DNA of 64,000 bases from Euglena gracilis (Eukaryota): NCBI GenBank assembly GCA_039621445.1, contig CP154954.1, positions 47,285,847 to 47,349,846 of the forward strand. Direction: 5' to 3'. Made by a program: the position numbers and the translations under genes. The stretch's first letter is position 1. Every line of letters starts with the position of its first letter. The notes under the pieces were generated by a model. The model searched no databases, was not told the DNA's origin, and saw nothing but the letters and a program-made list of their open reading frames with translations. Shown here piece after piece: positions 1 through 12,083 of this stretch.

Positions 1-29
1 CTGAAGCTATCACAGCTTCTTGGTCAGAT
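1..29 (+). mobile_element. Family B gag fragment left of the element A insertion
   Basis: Exact reverse complement of 31156-31184 (LKLSQLLGQ). Continues at 16841. Confidence 0.9.
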
Positions 30-456
30 AGTGTACGTCCAAAGCTTTCCCTTTTCCCCTTTTTGGAACTTTCTGTAAAAGCCTTTCGCTTTCGCCTTGG
101 TGCGCAGCCTACTTATGGTAGGGAAAAGTCTTTGGAGTAACGAAAAGTGGTTTTCCCCTTTTCTTCCCAATTCCCCAAGAAGCAAAGCACAAAGCAAAGA
201 TTAAGAAGTTTCTTCTGAGATCAAAGTCGATTGTTCTGAGGGTTTTTCCCTCTGACAAAACCAATGGTGAAACTTGGAAGTGATGACAGTAAAGAATACC
301 AAGTGTGGGGGAAGGAGAGAAAAGTGCTGACGTGTACAGGGGCAGATCCCAGAAGGGTCTGCCACGATCTTACCAGCTGTGGGTTTCCACAGTGGTGCGA
401 CCGTCACAGAACTCACTCTGCAGATATCCTACAGAGCTGGGGCGTGCTGGTACACA
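30..456 (-). repeat. 3' LTR of element A
   Basis: Matches 16413-16840 with 6 substitutions and 1 indel by manual comparison. PPT is adjacent. Confidence 0.96.
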
Positions 457-466
457 TCCCCCTCCC
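457..466 (-). promoter_or_regulatory. Polypurine tract
   Basis: GGGAGGGGGA on the minus strand, abutting the 3' LTR. Confidence 0.85.
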
Positions 467-1344
467 AGGGCTACGCCCGATTTCTTTCATGGACCAGGGT
501 TTCCCAGTCCAGTCAGGATATCTGACGCCGCCCCAGGTGGGGTTCACTTCTCCATTCGGTGTCTCTCCTTTCCGCACAGTGGCATCCACCCAAAGCCCAA
601 AAACGCGCAAAAGGTTAGCCGCGTTTCGCGGTTACCTATTAGCCGTTTCGGCTTAGGTGGGGTATGAAAAAGCCCACTGTGGGAAACGGGGCTTGGCAGG
701 TTTCCTGACAAAGTGTCCCATCCACCCACTTTGGGTGTGCCAAAGGCATGCGGGGCTGGTCAAGCGATTCGCTGAAAACCCGAGGGGAGAGGTGTGGAAG
801 GGGGGGCAGGCTCTTATCCTGGTCATACCCGGATAAGGCTCCTAGGCGGTCATATCCGCACTAGGAAACAAAAGCCTACTTACAAAACCGACTGCCGGCG
901 ACAGCTTTGCGGGGGTGGGGGGAAAGTAGGGAGGAGAGGGGGGCTGGCTTAGGCCAGAACAGAATTTTTGCTGTCTGGCAGCCTTAAGGGCCTTAGGGCG
1001 GAAAAGTGACAAGTTGGCCTATTATTACGGCGTGCGCGCTGTGTGCTGTGCGTCACTTAGCGGTTTGCCAGGTTTCCCGGCTGCCAAGGTCTTCAAAGCA
1101 GTAGCTCCTTCACGACGCAATAAGAGGCGATTACCTCCCGCAGACGGTTTCCGTCCGCATGGTCACTGGTATAATGGGTTGACAGGGGGGGGGCTCTTGG
1201 ATGCTTCCATCCAGAGCGTTGAGGGACACAGACCCAGGTTCATCCCAGGGCTGTTTAGCGATTTCCGCTTCCAGTGTATATATATAGTGTATGAGCTCCA
1301 TGAAGGCGCTTACCTTACATGGGCTTGGTAATGCCGTTTCGGCA

Positions 1345-4300
1345 TTACATCCGCTCCAGCCGCCAATAGTCATGGCGGGAGTCCAAGGGATCTTCCACAA
1401 GGACCATCTGGAATTGTGGTGGCTGTGGCCTGTCGACGAGCCAGGTTTCTGGCGAGTCGTAGTCGAAATCAGGTGCGATCCAGTCCCGAACCCATCCTTC
1501 GGGTACTGTCTGCTTGGTGGCACTCGCTCTTTTCGCGAGAAACCACTGCAGCTTCTCCCAGAATTTCCTGGGCAAAGTCGCTGGCCAGATGAAGTAGTTT
1601 CTCCGAGGGTGATTGGCTGACACCTGCGGGGCATTCCCCGGGTGGAAGTCGATGGGAACGTGATAGGCGCATTCCGCCCGGACTGTATGGGGTCGCAATA
1701 CGGCCCCTAGCCAGTCCTTCCAGGTCATCCCGTGTTTTTCGGGTGGCCATTGTGGTAGGCACCAGCGACCGTTTCGGTCCTGGGTTGTGAATAGGCGGAA
1801 AAGTTTCTTTTCCCTGTCCGCTGTCTCCCAGAGGTAAGGTAATCTTACCCCTGCTTCCTCAGCAGCGAGGCGTATCGCCCCACTGTCGATCTGCCACCCA
1901 CGGGCCATTCCCGTGTGGCGGTAGTCGTCGAGCTTGAGGTTGGCATATTTGAAGAAGTCCTTGAACTTTTTGTTCAAGGAGGAGTATTCCTCCAGTGGCT
2001 TCTCGGCACTCGGCACGATTGTGCGAACTGCGCCTTCCGCAGTGTGCCAGAAGGTACCTCGCAGGCAATTGACGCAGAGTACTGGTACATTCGTACCATC
2101 TCGTTCCGTGTAGCAAAAATTGTGCTTGTGGGTCCAACTGTCCACGCACTTGGCGCATACCAAGGCGGCACAGTTGGGTATGTACATATCCTTGTGGAAC
2201 GATTTTCGCTCCACAGGGTTGCACACATGGACGAGGGGTAATCCCAAGTCAGGAGCACTGTTGTACATCCTGTGGCAAACAGTGCAGAGCCACACAAATC
2301 GGTTTTCCGATGTTCTGTCGACGAGGAATTCCTCGCCGAAGTATTGGGCCAAAACACGTGGTGATCTGGAATTGTAATAATTCCAGGTGACATTCTGGTC
2401 AAAGGACCATTTCCGTCCTTGACAGAACAGTGGTTCAATCCACCGATTGAGGCATTGGTCTGTTCGCAGCTTGTGTTCGATCATCATGTACCTGTTTTTC
2501 AGGTCATGAGTCTCAGGATCATCCTGAGTCATCGCATTGCAGTCGATGACAACTTCGCCTTCCGAAGGTGTCGTAATCGTAGAGGCGCGGGATTTTCCCT
2601 GCCCCTTCGTAGGTGGTTTCGGCTGTGAAGTTTTCCCATAGCCGGATGATGTGACCTGTGTGAATCCTCCTCCCGAGGCTAATCCTCGAGAAGAAGATGC
2701 ACCCTGGCCACCAGCACCACCACCGAGTTTCGGTGGGGGCTGATCACCTGTCTTAGGTGAGGGTTTGCAAGGCGCGGCACCAGGCTTTGATTTGGCCGGG
2801 GCCTTCGGACTTCCGCTTTCCGGAGCATCCGAGGGTCGCCGTTCGGCGTCACGCTTGCTTGACCAGGTGCGTGGTGACGGCTGGGCCGGGGGTCTTTTCC
2901 CCGACACCGAGCGTCGTTGACCTTCAGCAGGGGTTTCCCGAGCTGAGGGTCGCCCTACGCGTTCTTTTGCTGCGCTCGTGGGTTTCCCAGGAGCAGCCGT
3001 GGAGGATGGTGTGGGTGTGGGCGTCGCCGCTGCACTTCGCGTTGGCGGAGTCTGTGGTGGGGGCATGGATGTCCGTGCAGCCTGTTTTTCAGGTGCCGGT
3101 GTCCGTGTGCCCGCACGCTTCGGTGCAGTGACCGCTGTGTGTGGAGGTACGGGCTCATCCCGTGCCTCTGATCCCGCTACCGGTGCTAATGTAGGTTCAT
3201 CCTGCACTGGCACGGGTAGCGTTGTCACCACTGACATTGCCGTTGGTTCGCCCTCCGTCCGTGTCGTTTCCGACACCGGCGGTGGCGCGGCCATTGGGGA
3301 AGGTTCATCCTCCTCCATGGCTGCAGCTTCAGTTGTTTCGTCCGCTGGCTGGGCCGTTTCTGCCACAGCAGTGGAAGAACTGGCCGCAGTGCCACGTGGG
3401 GTGACAACGGCGATCAGTGATCGCAAACCGCCGAGTACACGTCCGCCCAGTGAGGGGCGCCGTTCAGGTCCTTCCCCTGAAGTGGGCTCCTCCACTGGCT
3501 CCTCTGTCGTCGGGATTTCCCCGGGGACAGGAAGCTTGAGGCGTAATACCTCAGGCGTAGGGGTTACCGTCTCCGGCGGGTTTTTCCGCGGAGGGGTCGG
3601 TCCACCTGGCGTACCCAGTGAGGATGGTGACAGTGGGATAGGCGTCATTTCACCTGTCGGTGATCCCGGGCGCTGGGCGGTTTCCGCCACAGTGTCCAGC
3701 ATCACAACCGACGGGCTACGGGTTTCCCGTGCCGGGGGTTCCGCAGGCTGAGGTTCATCCTCGGCCATTGGGACCGCTTCTCCTGTCTCCTCCGCTTCCG
3801 GAGGGGACTCCTCTGTGTGTAGTTGGGTTGCAGAACGCGGGTCTTCCCTGCTTCTGTAGCACCCTTGAGCATTTGACAGGCGGAAAAAGCTAATACGTTC
3901 ACTCCTGTCAGAGTTGGGGTATGGAGGTGGCCACGACGCTCGCACCCAGCTTCCGGGTGGAGGTTGAGGCTCATCCTCGTTGATCAGGCAGAGGTCTTCC
4001 CACTGCGATCGACGGGTCTCACCCATACCATACTCTCCCGTTTCTTCCAGGAAAGCTGGCAGTGGTACTGCGTAGCGAGGTTGGCTTAGCTCGCGGGGAG
4101 CGAAGAACACTTCGAACTCCTGCCAGTCCAGGATTTCCCCGAACTGGGTCTGCAGGTGTTCCCGGAGGCCGATTTCTGCCCCCGTCCAGTCCGGCCGCAG
4201 GTTTATCCTGCGTCGGTCTGGATCATACGGTCTGGCATCTACCTCGGTGTATCCCCGAGGTATCCACTTCCTGTGGATATCCACATCGGTGGTCATCTGT

Positions 4301-6788
4301 TCCAGGAAATATATATATACTTCCAGGACGTAGGTAATCCACGCCCTGTGCCAGTATTGTTGGAGCAGAAATATTTTCTGCCGGTGCTGTTTCAGCACCT
4401 TCCGGTCTTGCGTTCCGATCTGGGGTTTCCGGCACTGATGCAGGAGGAATCTCCTGGTCGGTGGGCTGCCGGCATTCTCGGCAGTCGGAGGCGGTTTTCC
4501 GCGCTCCCCGAAACCCCAGAAGTCAACAATGTGGACTTCCTTGCAAAACTGGCATTCCAGTTTGTATCGTTGAGGGTAGGCGAGGTCCACGTCCAGTACC
4601 TTGAACAGCATGCCGTACATGCTGTCCAAGAATACTTGGAGGTTGTTTGTGAACATTACCGCAGCCTGCGCCTGGAGTTTCTCCGGCAGGGGGTAATATT
4701 TCCACTGGATTCCCAGTGCGCTGACGGAATACATGTGGTTGAAGATTTCCTTCAACTGTGCTACGAACGTTTCATCGTCTTCACATGTGTTCAAACAATC
4801 GATGTATGTCAGACCGTTTCGGTCGGTGAAAATGCCAAAGTTCTGGCAGGGATATCCCAACCAGAACCAGAGTTCCCAGAAACCAGACATCTGGTCCAGG
4901 ACCATTTCATCCGAATGAGGGTATCCCTCAAACGCATGAAGTTCGGTACTGTAGATGAATCGTTTGCAGTGATCGTGCATACGATCCTGCACCAGTGCGA
5001 GCACCGCTTCCGGTGGTCGGTGGATCACGTTGCCAGCACGCGTGTACTTTTGGAGATCCTGGTCGATTTTCGGCCAGATTTCATCCAAGTAATCGAACAG
5101 CTGGTCAGCGTCGTAATCCTTCGTTTTCGAAGGTTCGGCGGCTTTTCCGCCTTTTCCTGCTGGGGGTCCGGCAGATTTTCCGCCTTTGCCTGGGGGTGGT
5201 CCAGCGGGTTTTCCGCCTTTTCCAGATGAGGCTTTCCCACCTTTCTCCTGGCCTTTACCTTTACCCTTACCCTTGCCTTTTCCTTTACCCTTGCCCTTCG
5301 TGTTGGACAGCCATTCTATTGTCGCCCGATATGGGTCCCAATATTCCCAGTATTCTGGGTCTTCTTCTGTATACACAGGATAAGTTACGGATTCCGTGCT
5401 TGGTGTTCGAGCAAATTCCTGCTCAGCATCACCACGATTCGAGTAAACCGGTGCGACTGGGGATGGTCGGGTTTCCCGACGTGCCCGTTCTGCCGTCACG
5501 TCGGGCGCTGGCGGAGCTTCCTCCTCAGCGTCGACGTGCATCGCCGCGGGCGGATTTTCCGACCTCGGCGAGCGGCGTTGTGGCTGCGGCGTCAGATTTT
5601 CCAGGCCGCGGTCACGTTTGCCGGCGGCAGAGCTTGTGGGTCGTGCTGGTGGCGCTTCCGCCACAGCCACGTCCCGCTGTCGCGCTGGTTGACTTAACCG
5701 TGATGGAGCTGGGACTCCTGTGAGAGCCGACACAGCAGCATCATACTGCTGGCGTTCTTCCCGTGTCATTTCCGCCCGGGCAGGGTATCCCTGGCCAGCG
5801 GAAACAGGGGGGCGACGTGCGATTTGTCGTTGGATCGTCACAGCATATTCATACTGTTGACGGTCCTCCTCAGTCTCGAACGGCCGACCAGTCCACGGGT
5901 TAACGGGTTCATCCCGTGCCGGGGGAACTGGTGCCGCACGAGGCGCTGCCGCGGCTTCCCGCGGACGAGCGCTTCGGGCAGAGTCAGACGTCGGGGGAGG
6001 ATTTCCCGCCGCAGGACGTCGTGGGATAGGGTCAGGTATAGTGGGGTGGGTGGATATGGATATATGTACTGATCCTGTGGCCTTGGCGCCTCCTGTGGGT
6101 ATTCCCCAGAGACGGTGTACTGAGACACATGCTCCTGCGCAGGATAATCCCGCCGGGGCGTGCGCTCAGGGGATCGAAAAATACTTTCTTTCACACGTGG
6201 GTGTTCACTCCGGACAGGTGCTTCCACTGTCTCTTCCTCGGGTAATCCGGGGGAGTGAGCACGAAAATGTGCAGTGTAAGTGCCAACGGGTGGTACCTGC
6301 CTTGCGACCTGTGGCGGGACTTCCACGCCCAGGTCACGCATGGTAATGTCTGCCGCGAATCCCGACGCGTCCGGGTCGGTGTAATACACCAGACCGGTCA
6401 TCGTCGCCTGGGCGCACATACACCACAGGGCTGGAGGGGTATTCGCGATGGTCAAAACTTTACGGCAGTGGTCATCCCACAATGCCTGTGTGAGTTGGTC
6501 TGGTGCCGGGTTTGCGCTCATACGCATAACCCGGTTCATCGTCTCCGCCGTGCGGTGGATCATCACACCCGCATACGGTGGGAGGCGACGAGAGCCTGAT
6601 GGCTGAGATGGCCGCGCTTCCGCGGGCATCTGGGTCATCCTGCTACTGCTGCTGGCTTCAGGGTTTCCCTGAGCCGCAGTCCGTGCAGGTGGCTGCGTAC
6701 CGTATCGGTATGCATACTGGTCAGGTTGAGGGTGAGTGGTGGGGTGGTAAGGCGGTCCTCCGCCTGAATCCCTTCCACCGGGCAGCAT
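1345..6788 (-). CDS. Extra ORF3 of element A, unknown function (~1,800 codons, one frameshift within about 5840-6070)
   Basis: ORFs 5838-6842 and 1345-5841 are both homologous to the single B ORF 23345-24952 and its downstream fragments. Both families start MLPG and share three conserved blocks separated by Pro/Glu-rich linkers. Confidence 0.85.
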
Positions 6789-6951
6789 GATACAGCCCGG
6801 GGTCGGTACGGTGGGATGTTTGGGTTGTTGGTTTGTTGTCAAGTGAAAGGGTAACTCCCTGGTGTTATTTGGTAAAAAGTCTGCGGAAAGAAAGAATGAT
6901 AAGAATCAATGATAAAAAGAAGAGAAAACAACATGGGTTTCCCATGCGTTC

Positions 6952-9900
6952 TCAAAAACTTGTCATGGAAACATCAATGTTATGTTTCTTGTTCCACAGC
7001 TTCCAATCTTGCTGGACATACCCAACAAAACTGGTTGCTGGCTCCCAAGTGTCCTCCTCGGGCCCATACCCTTTCCAGCGGACCTTCCAAAGGTGCATAC
7101 CTTTGTCGATTTTGTGATCGATAATTTTATCGACTACAAAGTCGTCCGTCTCAGGTAATCTGGAACGGGGTTTGAAGTGCAAACACGGGATGGGTTTCCC
7201 ATCCGGTGGCGACAGGTATGGTTTGAAGTCGTCCATATGAACGTCCTCAACACCATTCGGTAATGCAACCTTGTAACGCCCGCTGGTACCTAGTCTTTCT
7301 AGGATTTCACAGGGGCCGAGCCAGAGGGGGTCCAGCTTGGAAGACTGCATGCGAGTACGGCTATTCCGTACCCACACGCGGTCACCGGGACTGTAAACAG
7401 GTGACTTGAAATTCTGCAAAAACGATTTCCGTTTTGCTGCATGAATATCAGTCACGCGTTTCTGGACTGCAGAACGTAGATTTTCTACTTCCGCAAACCA
7501 GGTCTCGCAACTGACACTCGTTCGGGCGGGTCTCTCCGAAGGGACATCCCCTATGGCCGGAGGGTCCCGTCCGAAAACTAATTTATAGGGGGAGTGAGGT
7601 AAAACCAACCCTGGTAGGGTATTGATATAAAACAAAGACCATGGTAGAACTGATATCCAGTTGCTGCGCGAGTCAGCCAGTGAAAGGCGAAGCATATTCA
7701 CGACGGATTTCACGGCTGCCTCGGCTCTACCATTGCCTTTGGGTCGGTATATAATGGAAAAATGTTGCTCGATTCCGAGTAAACCGCACAAAGTGGTGAA
7801 AAACCTTGAAGAAATCAAATGGTCTTGATCACTCACGATTTCATTCGGTAAACCCATCAAGCAAATGCATTTCTCCAAAAATATAGTTGCCAAACTTTGG
7901 GCAGTCAACCCTGACTTCTGGCATGGAATGGCTACAATGTACCCACTCAGCCTGCAGACGACAACAAAAACGTAATCGTAAATTTTGTCGTCTGTTCCTT
8001 TGCACGGTTACAATTCCAAAAAATCCATGCAGAGGGATGTAAAAATGTCAGGGGGTACGGGGAAAAAGTCCATCGTACCAGGGGGGGTACCTCTGCGGGG
8101 TTTTACCGCTTGACAAATTTGACACCGTTGCGCTATTCGCAAACAGCGTGAGTAAAGCTCTTTCTCGCTCAGGGTTGTACAGTACCTGCGGCCCACCAAC
8201 GAAAGAAGTTTGGGGGCCCCAGGGTGACCATGGTTGTGATAACACAAAATCACATCATCAACCAGGTCCTGGGGGATACAATATTTGTAACCCGATTCAT
8301 TGCGAAAAACCAACCGTAAAGGTGAAAGAGTGTAATTGTCCAGCACTTCGCCATTACGAAGTCTGGTGACAATGGTGTCATACACCGGGTCACGACTATA
8401 ATCCCATTCGCGAAAGAACAGTGGGGAAGGGGACTCCGTGCGCGTAATACGCCGGGGCCCGGACGTGCTTCCACGTCGGCGCCTTCCTCGCACTGGTGCG
8501 ACCAGGAATAGTTGTGAAACGGGAAAAGAATCCAAAAGATTGTCCGCAGCGTCGGTTCGACGTGCGTATCCTGTGCGTATTCCTGACTTCCATGAAAAGT
8601 CGCGTCTCCCTCATCCGGGTTCCCAGGGTAATACCAAGGGGCCCGACTGAGCGGATCCGCTACTTTTTGTGTGTGTCCAGGGGTATAAATAACCACAAGG
8701 TTGAATTGACTCAAGAACTCATGCCATCTGCATCGCCTTCCGACCGATGACATGGCCTTGTTCAAATCCTCGGTGTACCAGTGTTGCAGACTCTCATGGT
8801 CGGTCTTGACGAGGATCTGGACGAGGGTGCTGGCTACCCAGCTTCGGAATTTCTGGAGTATAAGCACGATTGCGTAGGTTTCCTTCTCGCGTATACTCCA
8901 TTTGACTTGACCTTTTCCATCGTCGCCCTGTAACTTTCTGCTGAAGAAAGCCACAGGTCGGAGCTCATTCGCCGCATTATGCTGGCTAAGAACTCCGCCA
9001 ACAGCGTAATCGCTGCTGTCGACTTCCAACACGTATGGTTTGTACGGGTCCGCGATTTCGAGGACAACATTCTCCAAAAGCAAAGCCTTGATTTTCTCAA
9101 GGGCCTCGCGCATTTGGTCATCCCAAATGACTTTGGTGTTGTCAACAGCCCGGTTTTTGAGCTGTTTGGTGAGGGGCACCGCGATTTTCGCGAAGTCCTT
9201 CATATAAATCGCGTAGTATTGGGCTAATCCCAAAAATCCTTTGACGTGAGTAATCGTTTTGATTTCCTCAGGGGTCCATTTCTTAATAGCTTCGAGTTTA
9301 CTCGGAGCGGCTTTCCGCTGTCCATTGCTGAGGATGTGCCCGCAAAATTTTATACGTATCCGAAAAAAATTCATGTTCGCGCCTTTGGAGAAAGTCACAT
9401 GTTTTTGAAAAGCGGTTAATACCGCGCAAAAATGGTGGAAGTGTGTGACGAGGATATCCTGGCTCGATTTTGCGGACGGTGGTGGTGTTCCCACCAGCAC
9501 ATCATCAATGTACCCAATGGCAAACGGTAAATCGCGTTAAACCCATTGGATCATGCGTTGAAACATGGCTGGGCCATTCTCAACACCCACGGGGAGTACC
9601 GTCCATTGGTACACACCCTTGGATGTCACGAATGCCGTGTATGGTTGGGAGTCAGGGTGTAAGTGCATTTGGTGTGAAAACCGTCCTCCAGATCGAAAAT
9701 TGACCACACACGGTTTTCCGATTGTTTGGTGATCAAATCCTCGATCAGGGGGAGCGGAAAGGGATCATCCCTTGTTTGGGAGTTCAGGTACCGGTAATCC
9801 AGCACCAGCCTCCATTTCTTCTGACCTGAGGGGTCTGGGGGTTTAGGAACAAAACAAAATGCCTGGGATGTCCACTCGCTTTTCGAGGGACAAACCACTT

Positions 9901-12038
9901 GCGCTGAATAAGCTTCTCAATCATGTCATTGAGAGCTTGTTCGCGTTCTCCCGAACAACGATAAAATTTCCGTTGCATTGGTTGGGCGCCTTCCTGAAGC
10001 TGGATCTGACAAACACCAAACGGACCGCGTTTATTTTTTACCGGGGGTGGGGGGTGTCAGATAAGCCGAAATTGTCGTGCACACGGAGGTATACTGGATT
10101 TTCAAGCACAACGTGAAATCCGCGGGCATAACGCGAACAGAATTCGGCTGACTTAGGATGACCTGACTCTCGATGACTGCGGAAACACCAGGGTATATCT
10201 GGGGCTACCAAACTTCCTCAGCACCGCGAATTCGGACATTCCGAATGCATCGAAGAAACATACGCGAAAAATGATTTCTTGCACGGGTGGTAATATTTTA
10301 CCACAAAAATCCTCAAAAAATCGGTACATTAGTGGGTAAATCCCACCAATGAAAACACACATACGATAGTTGGGTGAACCATTCCGCTTCCGGAATGATG
10401 GGTATGAGAATAACTCCACGGGCTTCATCCCGCAGATTTTTCTCAACCGCACATTCGATAAGTTTTGGGGGAGGGTGCATCCATAACACCGTATCACCCC
10501 AAAATTTATCAAATGCGTTGGAGTGTTGTGACCAATGACGTGGCAAACGGGCATGTGCATTGGATGAGAAGGCATCGATTTCCAATGCCAAATCAAAAGA
10601 ATCAGCCAATGTCGCGATTTTGGAAAACCATCGTTCCAAAATGCGATATTGACCAAAATTGAAAGCATTCCATATGCGTTTCGCGTATTCATGCACCCGA
10701 TTTTCGGGTTGAAGGGTAGAAACACAATGAATGGATCCACAAACATGCGGGTTGTCTTCCACTACCACAAGGGTTAATCCCAAGGGAGTTTAGACAGGTT
10801 GGGGGTTTCCCCATTCCGCATCAAATCCGTACCAAGTGTGATCGCGATTGTAATTAGGAATGGCGCTTTTCGCGTTTCCAAACAACGAGGCTAATCCTCG
10901 TTGTTGGAGTACTCGGTGTATCTCCGCGCATTGCGGGCTACAACCAAGTGTATCATGGGGGGTGGATTCCGTTTTCGGAATTGCGATTAGTGTCGGATTT
11001 TGAACTAAACATCCACAATCGAAATCCGATTGGGTGGAAATTCTCCTGCAGTGCACACATTGGAAGGAAGTGTGATGGTGTGACGGGTGTGCGTGAAAGT
11101 GGGTGTCGATGGCATTAGCCGGGGAGTCTTGTACAGGTGTGCCTGGATTCGGCACAGCTGGTGGGAAACGGAGTGGTGGTGTGGCTGTGGCTCGACACCG
11201 TGATCACTGCAGGCCTTTGGGCTTTCGTCTTGTAACCCAGTGGAACGGCGGGGGTACCGCTACTCGCTTGCCCTGCCTCATGTGGAACGCATGTTGGTGT
11301 GTCATTGGGCAGGGGGGAGGCTTTCTCCGTACCCCGGGTGTGGAAAACGGTTGTTGGTGTGGTGGGTAACGGTGTTGCCATTGTGGGTAACGGTGTGGGC
11401 AAAGCGGTGGTCATCATAGTGGATGACAACGGTGATGGTGGTTTGGGTGTCAATGAAGTGGTGAGTGCTGTGCGCAAACCGTGGGAGTGGCAATCCACAA
11501 CCAATCGGTACTGGCGTAAAAATGGGTATCCCAAAATTACGTCAGACCCGTGAATTCCGGACTCGTAACCCCAAATATTGGTGAAATGTTGTAATTGTGG
11601 GGGTTGTGAGTGATGCTTCGGAATGATGGGCAAGAGTATCTCGAGCACACATCCCAAATCACCACCACACATGGGGGTGTTATCCGCGGTTGTAATTTTG
11701 ATCGGTTTCTTGGCGCTTACCAAGAGCGGGGTCGGTATCAACCCCAACCGAAAGAGCAGTGCAATGCGACAACCAGTGTCAATGAGAATTTTGACTTTGG
11801 TGGAGAAATTTTGAATGCGGATTTCCGCTTGGACGAGTAATTCCATTGGTGGTACGCAAAGTGAAGGGTCTGGCGGAAATACGTTTGCATGCCAGCTCTC
11901 CCATGAACCCTTTCCTACTTTGCTCAGCATTCCGAGCGGAAATGTGGAGTGGGGGGTAGGGGACCCGAAATAATTCCGGGTACTGACCGTGAAGGCGGAT
12001 GGGCAGGGGGGGTAAGGTTGATCAGGTCTTACCTCCAT
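6952..12038 (-). pseudogene. pol: Pol of element A (PR, Dam-like MTase, RT, RNase H, integrase, chromodomain), frameshifted
   Basis: Fragments: ILIDTG protease (11115-12038), IDAFSS...WMHPPP (10313-10783), RT KWRLVLDYRYLN, RH VLEVDSSDYAVGGVL, HHCC plus D-D-E integrase, and chromodomain WKVRWKGYGPEEDTWEP. Colinear with the near-intact B pol. Confidence 0.92.
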
Positions 12039-12083
12039 CTGTTCATCAGCCCAGAGGTCCGTGCCCTCGGACCTCGGGCTCCC

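Noticed and set aside
2757-5723. Plus-strand ORFs over ORF3 (for example 4156-5229), and similar antisense ORFs over gag, pol and GC-rich exons
   Set aside because: Shadow ORFs of GC-rich coding sequence with no motifs and no evident A/B conservation.
1345-6788. ORF3 as a retroviral envelope protein
   Set aside because: No visible signal peptide, fusion peptide or transmembrane anchor.
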